Shown here piece by piece: positions 36,388 to 49,140 of a DNA stretch of 64,000 nucleotides. Made by a program: the position numbers and the translations under genes. The notes beneath the pieces were generated by a model. That model was not told the origin of the DNA. It did not search any database and was given only the letters and a program-made list of their open reading frames with translations. Within the stretch, counting starts at the first letter, position 1. Each line of letters opens with the position of its first letter. This DNA comes from Cirrosporium novae-zelandiae (Eukaryota), in NCBI GenBank assembly GCA_026023565.1, contig JAPETS010000029.1, positions 248,001-312,000 of the forward strand, given 5' to 3'.

Positions 36388-38083
36388 ATGCTCTCCCGCG
36401 CGGCTATTCCGCTGCTTCGTCCTCTACCCAGACGCTTGCACATACCTCCACAGCTTGGGTTTGGAATACAACGTTGGCGCGGATATGCTTCCAAACCGAA
36501 AAGGCCCTCTGGCTACACCCAGTCCTCCCCTGCCAGCTCCTCGGGTAAGTTTGTACCAGGTTCCGCAAAGGGCCGCGCCGCCGCAGATGCGAAAGCGGAG
36601 TCTGCATTGAACCAAAAAAAGCAGGGCGAATCTTCGGAGAAGAAAGAGGAGTCTAGATCAGATAAAAATACCGAACCGCAATCTTCATCACCATCTGCAG
36701 TCGACCCTGCAGATGTCCAATCACAAAAGCCCTTGCCAGATCTCACCCACGGCATCCCATCTACAATAGGCATCGAGCTTGACCAGCTCAAGCAATCAGA
36801 CCAATACTCGGAATCTACAAGTGTCGCAAAAGTTACTGGACGGGGGGGTGGAGGGGGAGGGGGAGAACTTCCCAAAAGCGCATATGAATCGTCCATAGAT
36901 CGACGAAGGAATAGAAATTTCAATTGGGCATATATTGCATTCTTGCTCTTCGGAACTGGAGCCTGTGTCTACCTGGGAAGAAACTGGGAAACCGAGGAAG
37001 AGGAAAAGAAACATGGAGACGCACCTTCAGGGTGGGGTCTAGGTCTTTTCTGGGATCGAATAAAGGCTCGAACGGCTGATCAGCTAAACTACTACCGTGA
37101 ACCGTCTTTCCCTAAACTACTGCCAGATCCAGATCCATCATGGGCACGGCCGTATACCCTGGTGCTTAGCTTGGAGGATCTTTTGGTCTACAGCGAGTGG
37201 TCTCGAGAACATGGTTGGCGAACGGCCAAACGCCCAGGAGTTGATTATTTCTTGCGCTATCTAAGTCAATATTACGAACTTGTCATCTTCACCAGTGTTC
37301 CATTAATGATGGCAGATCCAGTCATCAGGAAGCTGGATCCATTCCGGTTCATCATGTGGCCCTTGGGAAGAGAAGCAACACTGTATAGTAAGGGCGAATA
37401 TATTAAGGTAAGAATATACAATGGCTTCAAATTTTTTGCCACAGACTCATTTGTCTTAGGATCTTTCCCACCTGAACCGTGACCTTTCGAAGGTTATTCT
37501 CATCGATACTGATCCTACGCATGCTAAATTTCAACCTGAGAACGCCGTCATCCTTCCAAAGTGGAAAGGCAATTCCAAGGACCGCGAGCTTGTTAAATTC
37601 ATACCATTTCTAGAATATGTGGCCTCGATGGGCTTCAGTGATGTAAGAGAAGTTCTCAAATCATTTGAAAATCAGTACATCCCCGAGGAATTCGCTAGAC
37701 GCGAATCGCTCCTCCGTAAGAAATTTGAAAAAGAGCTGGCGGAAGAAAGAGCAAAGAAACCAAAGCACACTGGCATGAGCATCCTTGGATCATTGCTCGG
37801 TATAAAACCTACTCCGACGATGGATGGCATGGAAAGCGCATCCGAAGGTATGGCGCAAGGCAAGATGCTTATTGATCTAATTCGCGAGAGGGGCCAGAAG
37901 TCGTACGAATTGATGGAAAAAGAAATTCAAGAAAATGGACAAAAATATCTAGCTGAAATGGCGGAAGAAGAAAAGAAAGCCCAAGAGGAGGCGATGAAAG
38001 GATATCGGCAAAGTGTCAGTGGAATGTTCACCAACTTGGGAACCAGAGGACAGGACAAAAAACCGGAAGGAGAAAGTAAATAG
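36388..38083 (+). CDS. TIM50: Mitochondrial import inner-membrane translocase subunit Tim50, 2 exons
   Basis: Arg-rich presequence and one TM segment. NIF domain PYTLVLSLEDLLV...WSREHGWRTAKRPGVDYFLRYLSQYYELVIFTS; intron 37408-37459, then DLSHLNRDLSKVILID. Confidence 0.95.
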
Positions 38084-38588
38084 AAGGACGGGCCTATTTT
38101 CGGTAGGTTCATGTTTTCATCTTCACTGAGAAACAATTCTGCTCTGTGTATGGATAACGGGTCTTGAAGTGATGAAATGTTGGAATGCCCCATGTATTGG
38201 CCTGGCAAGGTACCAGACCAGTGAGTGAAGAGTTAATATGTACGAATACTACGTAAAAACCAATACGACTGTATAATCAATAGCTATCGTGTAGTTGACC
38301 AGTAACTATGTGCGAACGGAAAATACGAGTAATTTGGGCGTTTAATATTGCCACGGATCTTAATTTAGAGGAAGTGGGCGAATTGGAGGGCAGTATCTCG
38401 GTGCATTGTTCACCATGGTTAACCATGATCCGCCATAGCTTCGCTCTGGGCACCTGCATCGCCATCACAGCCACAATTTCTCATGGAGTCCTGAGTGCGC
38501 TGCTTCAACATGGAACTTGATGCTCCTAGATGCCTTTTAGATCGATTTGGGCCTTCTTCAACATTATGCTTAATATGCTGCAATAATT

Positions 38589-41500
38589 ATGGACACCCGG
38601 GCTGATGAGGAATCCTTTAAGCCTACGAGTCCCCCGTCTGACCTGCACCAAATTACAACAACACCTTACCACCCAATAGAAGGGGATACTGGTAAGAAGA
38701 GAGTTCGACCTGCTTGGAGAGGATTAGGAGACCTTCCACCTACCATCATCGAGCAGTAGGTTTAATATCTCCATGAAAGAGCTTTTTATATGGTTTATCG
38801 CAAACGTTCAAACATCAGGCCCAGTTACTAATGCAGCCCCTCTATACAGCATATTGTATATTACAGATCCAAACTCATTCTCTTCCCTCGTCCTTTTGAA
38901 TCGTTGCTGGCACCAGACCTCCCAGAACCCTCATCTTTACGCCTATCAGCTTGCCAGGTGTTTCGCGTACTCTCTCAGCAACGATGCTATACTTGGTCCC
39001 TTTCAGTTAGATGACCTCCCACGACTGCGACAAAAATTCGCAATTGAGGTTAAACGAAACCTTTTTGAATCATATTTGAAACCCAAAGAAACAATAATAC
39101 GGCTTATATCTGTATCCACCAGTTCATCGGCCGCTTTCCCGCAAGGTGAAGCTTTCCGCTTCTCGTTCTCCCCCAATGGAGGTCTTCTTCTAGCCCTAAG
39201 CTCCTCTCGAATACATATAATCGATTTACGCTCGGACACGGTGGAGGTCATACGGGAATTAAAGACTCCAAGGAGACCTGTTTTGGCAGAGGTATTGGAT
39301 GATGGGTCTTTACTCGCCGTTTTATCCGACAACCATCAAATGAACATATATGACCTAAGTCACGGTGATGTTCACCTTATTCGATCCCTTGCCTTGGAGA
39401 GCACGCCTAGAGCAGTCGCGATATCACCGGCGGGAACTGTTCTAGCGGCTGCTTATGCTGGAGGGATTGAGGTTTACTCATTAGCACCTTCGGCGCTCTC
39501 AACGGATCGAAGGGCTGTTAAATGTGATCCTGTAGACTCGTTGGAATTTTCAAAAGATGGCAATACTCTACTCGGAACAACTACGAAGACATTACCACAA
39601 AGAACTGTACTGATATCAGCTCCCGGGCTCCACGAAGGTGGCTTAGATCTCTCGGATGATGAGCTTCAAAGTCGAATGTGGACGACTCAAATTCTATTCC
39701 CAGGCAATACTGGCACCTACAGCTATGCAAGTCTAGTACCCCGCCATAATGGCGAAGACGAGGAAGGATGGCTGATGCTTTATGACGGAACATCTGAAGC
39801 TTTGCGTATCGCACAAATAGATGATATGCAGAAAGGAAATATATATCTTACAGGCCTACGGACTGCAAATAATCATGCCGACTTTGCGCCAATAACATTT
39901 CCTTCTGTGACTCATGAGTCTGACCTGGCTGCCGGAGTATTCTGCGGGGATTCTATACGGTTATTCGGTTTGCCTGAAAGGCTGAACTTTGTACCGTATG
40001 CTGCTGGAATGTCATCTGGAGTATTTGACTGGAGAAGCCATCTAGAGTCGGCACGGAATCACGCAACAAATCACGAGGGAAGCAGCGAGGAACCCCAGGA
40101 AGATCTAGTACGGCCTCGCTGGAGCACCATGCAAGACAAGGACCATAAACTCCTCCTTGAAGGAAGGCTTGTTGGAACAATCTCTGGAATCTCGGGAATT
40201 AAATTTATTCGCCGAGATATCAAAGCTCGAGAAAGATTAGTTGCCGTTGCACCAGGAGGCGTCAACGAGTTTGAGGGAATGACTCCTGAGGGAGATATTC
40301 CAGCTGATGGGGGGCGAATTTTGGTCTATGATTTTGAATGGGGTTTAACTAATGGCGAACGGTCAGATTTAACAATCGAGGTTGGAGAAAAGGAGGCAGG
40401 TTTGCTTTCGGAGGAAAAGAGAACTCTGGAAACCGAGGTTGCTTTGGCTAGGCGTAGAACTGTGGCACAAAATCGAGGAGGCCTTTCAGTGAGGAGAAAT
40501 TCTGGGAGAAATGCAACCCCGAGTTCAGGTTCGATACAACGCGTACCCACAACTTCGAGATTGACCCCACAGCTTGCGATACCATCTGGTCCCAGTCGGC
40601 TTCGGATACCCCTGGATGATGAGAACCTCGAACAGTTAGAAGAGCCGTACTCCCACAACCAGCCACGTTCAAGAAGCGCGCTTCATAGAGCTGCGACTGT
40701 CTCGCCCAATCGAAATCCTCGCTATCCTATTCAAAATGCTCCCACCGATGGCCGCCAAATCCCCCATGAGAGTGATGCAGATAACTGGTCGCCTCCACCG
40801 CCACCCTATACACCCGATCCAGATGTTCCTTTGCCTCCCGATCTACAGCTTACGCTGATGCCTAGACGTACCGAGCCGTTGCAGCGAGTGCTTGAAATCC
40901 CTCCCCAGCCAGCCCGTGCAAATACGACATTTGATGATATCACCACTGCAGCGTTGCAGCGTACTAGGAGCACCATTGAAAGGACCGGCAGTAGGCTTGT
41001 TGCCAGAAGGTCAAGTCAGCGCACCGCTATAAGTAGTGGAATCATGACTGAAAGACGACCTAGTACTGCAATTTCAGGACCAAGTAGAACACATCAAAAT
41101 CAGAGGGTTTCAAGTGAGCCCACTGTGGGGGGGGCACGAAATTCCTTGATAACTTCTTCTTATTCGCTAGCTGAATCATCGTTAGCCAATCTGCCCCTTG
41201 CAAGTCCTAGTCAGATCAGCAGACGACCGGTTTCAAGGCAGACCCATGCACCGCCTACGATACATCATACATCCACATCAGTATCATCAAACGCCAGTGA
41301 CCGGTCAAGCATATCATTAACCGGGTCTAGTTTAAGGTCACGTCTGGATTATCCCGTTCCCCCGCCGCCTAATGAGGGTGCTCAGGAATTACCAAGAGCA
41401 GGATATCTAACATCAGCGCCCCCGAATGCTGAACAGATTGGGCAGTCTGACAGGCGATATTCTAGGCCACCATCTTCTATCTTATCTTCATCGACAACTG

Positions 41501-41970
41501 AATACCAAGCCTTTACTCAGGCGCGGGCATCACTGGGCGTTCCCAATGCAATAAGCCCAGCAAATTCGGGTCAAGCCCTTTCTCCATCGGGCATTCTATC
41601 ACACCGTGACTCGAGAGCCAGCAGAAATTCACGGGGAAGCGCATACTCATTTTCTGCTTCTACGCCCAATCTTCTAGCGCGGCCTAACAACCCCAGGCTA
41701 GATACTATCAGAAGCGAAGCGTCGACGCAGAGCAATAATAGCGGAGCTGTTCGTCAACGATCGAGGTCCAACTCACAATCTACTAGCTATGTTTCGACTC
41801 CAGTGAATATTGACTCGATGCGTCTACGGGGATATCTAGCGGATACGAGACAAGGGCGAAGGAAAAGTTTCAAGCTTCGCCTTGATTCAGCCGCGGGTGG
41901 GCATAGATATGGGAGCGAGGATTCGGAAAACCGATGGAGAAAGAAGGGCGGGAAATGCACGATGATGTGA
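38589..41970 (+). CDS. F-box-like / beta-propeller-like protein with disordered tail and C-terminal CaaX, 2 exons
   Basis: ATG 38589 and intron 38756-38849 give DLPPTIIEHILY (F-box-like). Propeller-like segments FSFSPNG, VAISPAG, LEFSKDG; PPPPY motif; ends RKKGGKCTMM. Confidence 0.8.
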
Positions 41971-42572
41971 AGATTTACGGGTGTGGGAAGTGAGGGGGTG
42001 GGTAACGATTGGACGACTTGGAGGAGCTGTATTGGATATAAGATTATGAAGCTGCACATAGGAAATAACTATGGAATATTAGACGCCTTAAAGTTTTAAA
42101 TAAGTTGATGCCTGTTTATCATGGCCTGAGAATCTTTATTAATTAGGAAAATGCCTAATGCTAGAATTAGCCTAAGGCAGATTTCTAGAATGTCACTGGA
42201 ATGCCACTAAGAAGAAGCTTGAAAATGGCCAATGAGAGACTAACAAACAAGCGTGCCTAATCGCCCTAGATTTTGTGGGGGAGCACTGAGGGGTACTGGC
42301 GCAAATGGAATATTGTAAACTGTAGAAAGTTGTATGGAAAATACTAAATATTATACCATAGGTACACAATACTAATACACAGTATTGATACACAATACAG
42401 ATTGGAGGATCTTTTAAGGGAATTCTACTCAGCCACCCTAATCAGCCTTATTCCAAGGATCCGTTTTATTCCTACATTTTCGTACAACTTCCACTTCTAT
42501 ATAACTAACACCGTTCTTATCCACCCATTTTCATATTATATCTCCTACTGACTATGCAACCATCCAGCGAAC

Positions 42573-44967
42573 ATGGCCTCCATCCCTGAAAAAGATGATG
42601 ATCGTCATTTCGACAAATCCTCCATAGAATCATCCCAGCAGTCACCAGCTTTACCACCAGCTTATACCCATCATGCTAATAACCAGCCAATCGATCTCAC
42701 CGCCAACTTTACCAACCTATCTCTGGAAAATGATCAGACTGATAAGCCTACTGTCAATCAATCCATTGTTCATCTTAAACTCCTAGAGGCCTTTTATGAA
42801 CTCAGAGATTCTATAGCTTCGACCGATGGCCTATTCGGTCTCCCAGACACTCTTGCTCTCCCTGCTTCTTCTAATAGTGTCTTGGTCAAGATACGAGAGA
42901 AGAGATGGGCTGTCTACGTAGCAAGGGCAGCCGATCGATTTGAAGCCTGGTGGAATGTCTGGAAACCAGATATGGAAATGATGAAGATGACAGATGTGAA
43001 ACATCACGGAGACTTTAATAAGATCACTAGTAGACCTATGGCTTTGATCAATAAGAAAGAATTGCTCCCCCCTCTTGGTACGTAATTACCTACATGAATG
43101 AATTCATCATGCTCTGAGGATAATTTATCTGAACTATAATACAGATGTCCTCATGGTATGGCATGCATATATGCTTAACCCCCATGACTTCCTCGAAGAT
43201 TGCATTCGTCAAGGGAAAATGGCATTATGGGCTGCAGGAATCCCCTGGAACGCTGTTAACCAGTCAATCGACAATGGAACCTTTGATTACAACCCTGGCG
43301 AAGAAGCTAAAGAAAGCTTCAGGAACCTAACAGGTCTCCACTGGGATAATCTTGATGATTCTGGAAGAAAGGTTCTTGGTTGTCCTGACTGTCATCGTGA
43401 AGTTTCTTGTCCATGGACTACCGGCGAACTAGGCAATCCTAAGGAGCCTTTTGAGAAAAGTTCGGGATATGCAGATAAAGCTTTCTTAGCTGAGTGTCCT
43501 AAATGCAAGCTTAGAATTACCCATGAGATATTAGCTATTACCAAATTCCGACGAGACCTCCAGCTCTTGCTCAAGGACAATGTCCCAATGCCCGGAACTA
43601 TCCTTTCTATCAATGGCCTCCCTGAGAAAGCTAGATCGAGTACTCTCGATTTGATGCAATTTTTTCCCAACAAGCTCATCCTAGAAGGTCTCAAGCTTGA
43701 TCTTCTCGACATGACAGATCTCAAAACCTCTACGCCTCCAAATATGTCCTCTGTACGTGCAGTGTTTGAAATTGGGATACGAGACCACCAACTCGTTCGC
43801 AAAGCCAGCATTGGGAGCTCTGTCATGCGTGTCGAACGCATCGCTCTCCGGCGCTTGATGTCTCGCTACTGGGACAATCACTCTCCGTTCTCTCTCGACC
43901 TTGTCGGTGCAGTCATTCGGCAAGGCATCTTCATCCAAAAAATGCACACCATCGATTGGCTACACTCTCCCGCCGTGTCCGCAACCATGACGCGCCTCTT
44001 AACCAAATACACCCGTTTCCTCACCCTGATGGCATACCACCCTAACCAAACCCTTGTTCCAACCCTTGACGTGGACCTCGCCTGGCATACGCACCAACTC
44101 TCCCCGCAACGCTATTTCAAATACTCTCTAGCCATAACCGGCAGATTCATCAGCCATGATGACAAAATCCCCGAAACGGACCTGAGCACGGCTTTCCAGT
44201 ACACCAGCAAAATCTACCAGTCCACCTTCAAGGCCCCCTATTCCGAATGCACCTGCTGGTACTGCAGTGCTATTCGCGAATCTCATATCCCTAACGCCAT
44301 CGTCCGTAAACTTTCTACCGCGGCTAGGGAAGTCCAATTAGCCCAGGACGCCCTACCCACCTGCCCTGAAAACCCCAACCCTGACGCCCTCCCCCACATC
44401 TCCACCCACAACGCCGTCCACGTCGAAACCACCAACTCCTCCGACACCCTCGCAGCCTCCCAGATTCTCTATCGCCAGAAACTCGAATCCCTTCACGAAC
44501 GGGCCTGCCGTCGAGCCCGCAAACGTGGGTTGCCTGAACCCCAACTCCCGCCCAAATCGCAACCGAGACGTTCTACCGACCCCTCGTACATGTACGCATA
44601 CGGTTTACCCATGTGGTATCCAATGTACATGCCATACATGGCGGATCCGTGCATTAGCAACACCGCGTATGTGGGTAATCCCGGGTGCATGGCTGTGGGG
44701 GTTGGAGCTATTGGAAATTGTGTTTCGGGCGCGTGTGGGGCCAATGTTGCAGCGGGAGGGTGTGGAGGCAAAGGTGGATGTGGAGGCGGATGTGGTGGTG
44801 GAGGAGGATGCGGTGGTGGGAGCGGATGTGGTGGAGGAGGACTTCATACTAGTGCTGGAGGAGGTTGTGGTGGGGGTGGTGGAGGTGGTGGAGGCGGCGG
44901 CTGTGGTGGCGGCGGAGGGGGAGGAGGGGGAGGTGGATGTGGAGGTGGAGGTGGAGGTGGTGGCTAA
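42573..44967 (+). CDS. Glycine-rich-domain (GRDP/DUF1399-like) protein, 2 exons
   Basis: Intron 43078-43144 gives LPPLDVLMVWHAYMLNP. Second repeat VPTLDVDLAWHTHQLSP...HDD, CxxC pairs and a Gly/Cys-rich tail. Confidence 0.85.
44756..44964 (+). repeat. GGN/TGT low-complexity coding repeat (poly-Gly with periodic Cys)
   Basis: Encodes GGCGGKGGCGGGCGGGGGCGG... at the end of the GRDP gene. Confidence 0.9.
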
Positions 44968-46210
44968 ATGGCTTATAACGGTGATATTAGGATTGGAACA
45001 TGGATTATCCCGATGATTACGGACCTATGAGTTAACCATACATGGCAGGCTAAAGAAAAGCAAAGGACGGAAAGGAAACCAAATCAGATTAGATCAGATC
45101 CGATGATCTTTTGAAGGGGAAATGGAAGGGATTCCACAATTCACATTACTGAATGTGATATGAGTATGAGCATGAGCTACCTTGATATAATTAGTCATGA
45201 CTTAATTATTATTTTTATTTTTATTATCGTTATTCGATGTCTCATCGTTATCATCAATCATCATCAATCCAATCCCGATGTCAATCCGGAGTGGATGAGT
45301 GTTAGATTAGATTAGATGGTATGGTATGGCATGGCTAAGCTCAAAGACGGTGATGGTGATATATCCGCCCTCTTCAGAGAAAAGGAAAGGATCCATCCAT
45401 CTATTCCATCATCATCACTATTAGGTGCCTATTGTATGTCAGCGTAGGGAATCTTCAACTGTCCCCAAACATCTTGGCAATAGTAGAAAAAAGGTCCAAG
45501 CTACTTCTCCGTTAAATACCTTACCTTTTATCATCCTCAAGAAGGACAAAGAAATATAAAGAAGGAGCAGAGAAAAACAAACACAACACACCACGCCACC
45601 AATCAATCATACAAGCAGTGGAAAAAAATTTATTTTGAATGCTCTCTTTGGTTTTTACCATAATATCCGGGGGGAGGGTGAGAAACGCCTAATTTCCATA
45701 GCGTAGCCCATGCTCCCTTTGCTTCAAACCCAAACCCCTTCCCCCAACTCAATTGTACCGTACAATATGCCTGCCATGAACGCCAGAACAGAACAAAGAA
45801 AAAAAAACAATATGAAAACTCCTCTTTTTGCGTGATAGAGAGATCCGCAATATCGTACCCCCATCCAGTCACTGTTGAAAACTGTTGGTCGATACCAGAA
45901 CAAATATTTGCGCCTGACCCCCTAAGTCGATTTACGCCGAAACCCCCAGAAACGATGTACATAGATTCAAGACGCCTGTAGCCATGCATGCTAGAAAGTA
46001 GAGCATCAAACTTGAAACCCGGATGAAACTTATAAAAGAAACGGTAGTGAAATCGTGACATGCTGTGGATGAAGTCGTGTGTGCATGAACGTATATATCA
46101 TGAGGTGGAGGATGATGAAACGGAAAATAAAGGTGCATGTACTTGATTAGGAAATTATTATTTGTTCCCTAGGAGCAAAGATGAAAGCCAAGACGTCTTC
46201 AATCTAAATG

Positions 46211-47541
46211 TCATTGAGCAGTGCCAGTTTCCAAGTCCCGTGGCTGTCTGTTAGAACTGCGAGTAAGCCTAGGTATTCTTAATCTACTCAACCGTGATCG
46301 CCACGAATTTTCTTGAGGCTGACTGGGAACAGCAGATGGATTGTTTGACCGAGCTCTTGGAGGCCTATCCTGTCTTACGATGACAGGGAATCCACCATTC
46401 TCTTGACGACGGTCGGGATATACAATAGCCATAAAGCGGCCAGGGAGTACCATTCTTGGTCTACTAGTGCTTCCATGACCTCCTAAGTAAGCAAACTGTG
46501 GCGACTGAGGAAGGTTCATTCTCTGGGCAGCCCGTGCCTCCTCTTCCTGTGTGCGTGGTTTGGGTGTATAATAATCGGCCTTGCAGAGAGGACAGCATGC
46601 TCGACGAGTTGTAAGCCATGGATCCAAACACGGCGAATGAAAAGCGTGTCCGCAGGTCAATCCTCGAATATCATCATTGTCTTCAATGTTATCGAGACAT
46701 ATAGCGCATGCATCACCAGGATTGTTTAATAGCTCATTGGGAACAGCTGAATGTATTTGATCCTCTTCGTCATCATCATAATCATCATCTCTTCCATCCC
46801 CTAGCGTTGTACTGGCCATGGTCTTCGTATGTTCCAGATTTTCAAGTGAAGGACCCTCATCTTCAGCTGTTTTCTTTTCAGATGCAGCGAAGATGCTTCC
46901 TCTTACTGTTGTTGGGCTCACTGGTGGAGAGAGTTTGGCTTCTAATTCTTTACCAGAGACGTTTGTATGACCTAGAGACTCGGATGGTTCTTGATTCGGA
47001 GGCCCAGCAGTCCCCGTCCTATCGCTTTCGGTTGATGTCCGACCACCCACCATAGGTACAGATACAACCGTATCCTGTCCATCTTTCATACTAGGAGCTC
47101 GACTGGGCGGAGATGTAACTCCACCAGCTGTTGGTAGACCCTCCTCTGCCCGAGTAGATCTCCAAACTTTGTACTTCATAGAGGGGAACCGTTCATTAAC
47201 TTCGTCAATTGGCATCAACTTCTTTTCCCTCCTACGCCGATGCGGCCGGGGTACCGCAACAAGGTCTATCGGGTCACCAGTTTCACCTGGACGTTGTCGA
47301 TTTCGATTGTAACGGAAGCAATATTTGACGCCGACAATAATCCTTGAAATTATTTCCATTAGCTCAAAAGGCTTATAGAACATTTGTAATAGTCATACCA
47401 TAAGTTCGTAAAAACCACGCCAAATCCCAAGGCCACAAAAAATAGTAACGGCGAACTTGTTGGGCCACTGCTTCCACTTCCGCTCCCAGAGCTGGAGGTA
47501 CTAGTGGCAGCTGTCACTGCCGATGTCGTCGCGGCTGACAT
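46211..47541 (-). CDS. Membrane-anchored RING-H2 E3 ubiquitin ligase, 2 exons
   Basis: TM segment PLLFFVALGFGVVFTNLW-IIVGVKYCFRY across intron 47398-47343. RING-H2 pattern CAIC...CGHAFHSPC...CPLC. Confidence 0.9.
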
Positions 47542-49095
47542 GATCGTAGATGTTATGGAGGATAATCCTATTGCAATGGCGTTGTGAGACTCGAAGGCGC
47601 GTAATCACCATGAATGATTAGTCTGCCCAGTCCTTATTTTTAAAGACCGCCCGACCAGATTTATGATCGCGGAGGCGATGTGATACTCCAGGATGTGATA
47701 ACTCCGAGGAGAATGCAGGCGATAGATATGGAGAGGCAGATGGATAAGCTTTTAGTTGTAAAAGGATATGAATTATCCGACAACTAAAATTGCCATGCGA
47801 TTGGGGGGCAGCTGATGAGGAGATGGAAATGAGGGAAGGGATGGAGAGAAGGTATCAGTGGCACCGAAAGTGAGACGACGCAGGAGTAGAATTGGTGGTT
47901 GATGGTTGGTAGTCGGTTAGGGGACCAGAGGGAGGATGAGGTGAAGGAGACGAAATGTCACTGAAGTCACTTGAAGCTAAGCAAGAGTTCAGAAGCTCAT
48001 TACGATTAGAAGGATTTAAAGGTTAGAAATTGAGCAACTACCAAAGACGAAGATTTGGATAAATGGATCGAAGCGATTCTGATTGTTGAGTGTTTGCCGA
48101 TAATGCCGACAAGACAAGGACAGGACAAGGACGTCAAAGACGTCAACCTTAATTCATCGACCCTCGATTTGATGAGGATGGTGTGAGGAGAGGGGGGTAT
48201 GTAGCGAAAATAAAAGTGATCATTTGAGGAGAGGAAGAAGAGAAGGAGGAGGTAGAGGGTAGAATATAATTCAATGAAGTAGATGATGTGTTAATGAGTA
48301 GCCGACGATAGATGAAGTTTGATGATAATGGTTGGTGGTTGGTGAGAATGGTGATGTTTAGAGTAGACCTGGAGGGTAGTTGAGTGGGACAGGACCTGAA
48401 CCTGAACCTGGAACTGGCGCTGAATAAGGAATGGGAATGGAAAGGGTGGTGTATCCGCACTAAAGGTTAGAGTCTGGAAACAAAGAGACGGCAATACTTT
48501 TCTAACATTTGACTCGCCTCAATGTGGCGTTTTCGTCCTTAGATTTTAGAGGTCTCAGATTTAACAGCTTCATTTTAACTATTTAGGTAGTTGTTCTTCA
48601 GAAAAATAAAAAAAATAAAATGTGAAAAAATAAAACCTTCTTTTCTAGAACTTCCGACCGTATTACCTTTTCTCCGAGATCAACATGACTACCCTGAAAT
48701 TAACATGCTTTTATAGCGATTGGTGTGGCTACAACCCGATAGCTGACGATAGTGAGGATGATGATGAAATATCTCTAATCTCACAAGCACAATCTTGTCA
48801 CGCGCTTTGTCTTCGCCTTCGAAATCTCCCCATAAAAAATTATACATACACCTTTCCATCTTTATATTTTCATCTATTTTTATTTTGTCTGGTTTCGAGT
48901 TATCGCATTGATTTTCTATATCAGGGGTTTGTAGTAAAGTGCCGCAACTACTGAAAGGTTATGCCACATATACGCCAAGGTAAGGAACAGGTGGGATAGC
49001 GGTGTGCCTCTAGCATAACTAGTCAATGCTACTAACATGGTTGCTGGTTTGGGTAAATCTGTTGCATGTATTTCCCTATACACACACCAAATGCT

Positions 49096-49140
49096 CGTAA
49101 GTTGTAAGTTGTGAGTCGTAAGTCGCAGGTCGCAAGTCGT
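49096..49140. repeat. Degenerate 7-bp tandem repeat, about 6.5 copies
   Basis: cgtaagt tgtaagt tgtgagt cgtaagt cgcaggt cgcaagt cgt. Confidence 0.8.

Noticed and set aside
45080..45340. Pentanucleotide-like repeats (attag, atggt) between the GRDP and RING genes
   Set aside because: Ordinary 3' UTR microsatellite sequence.
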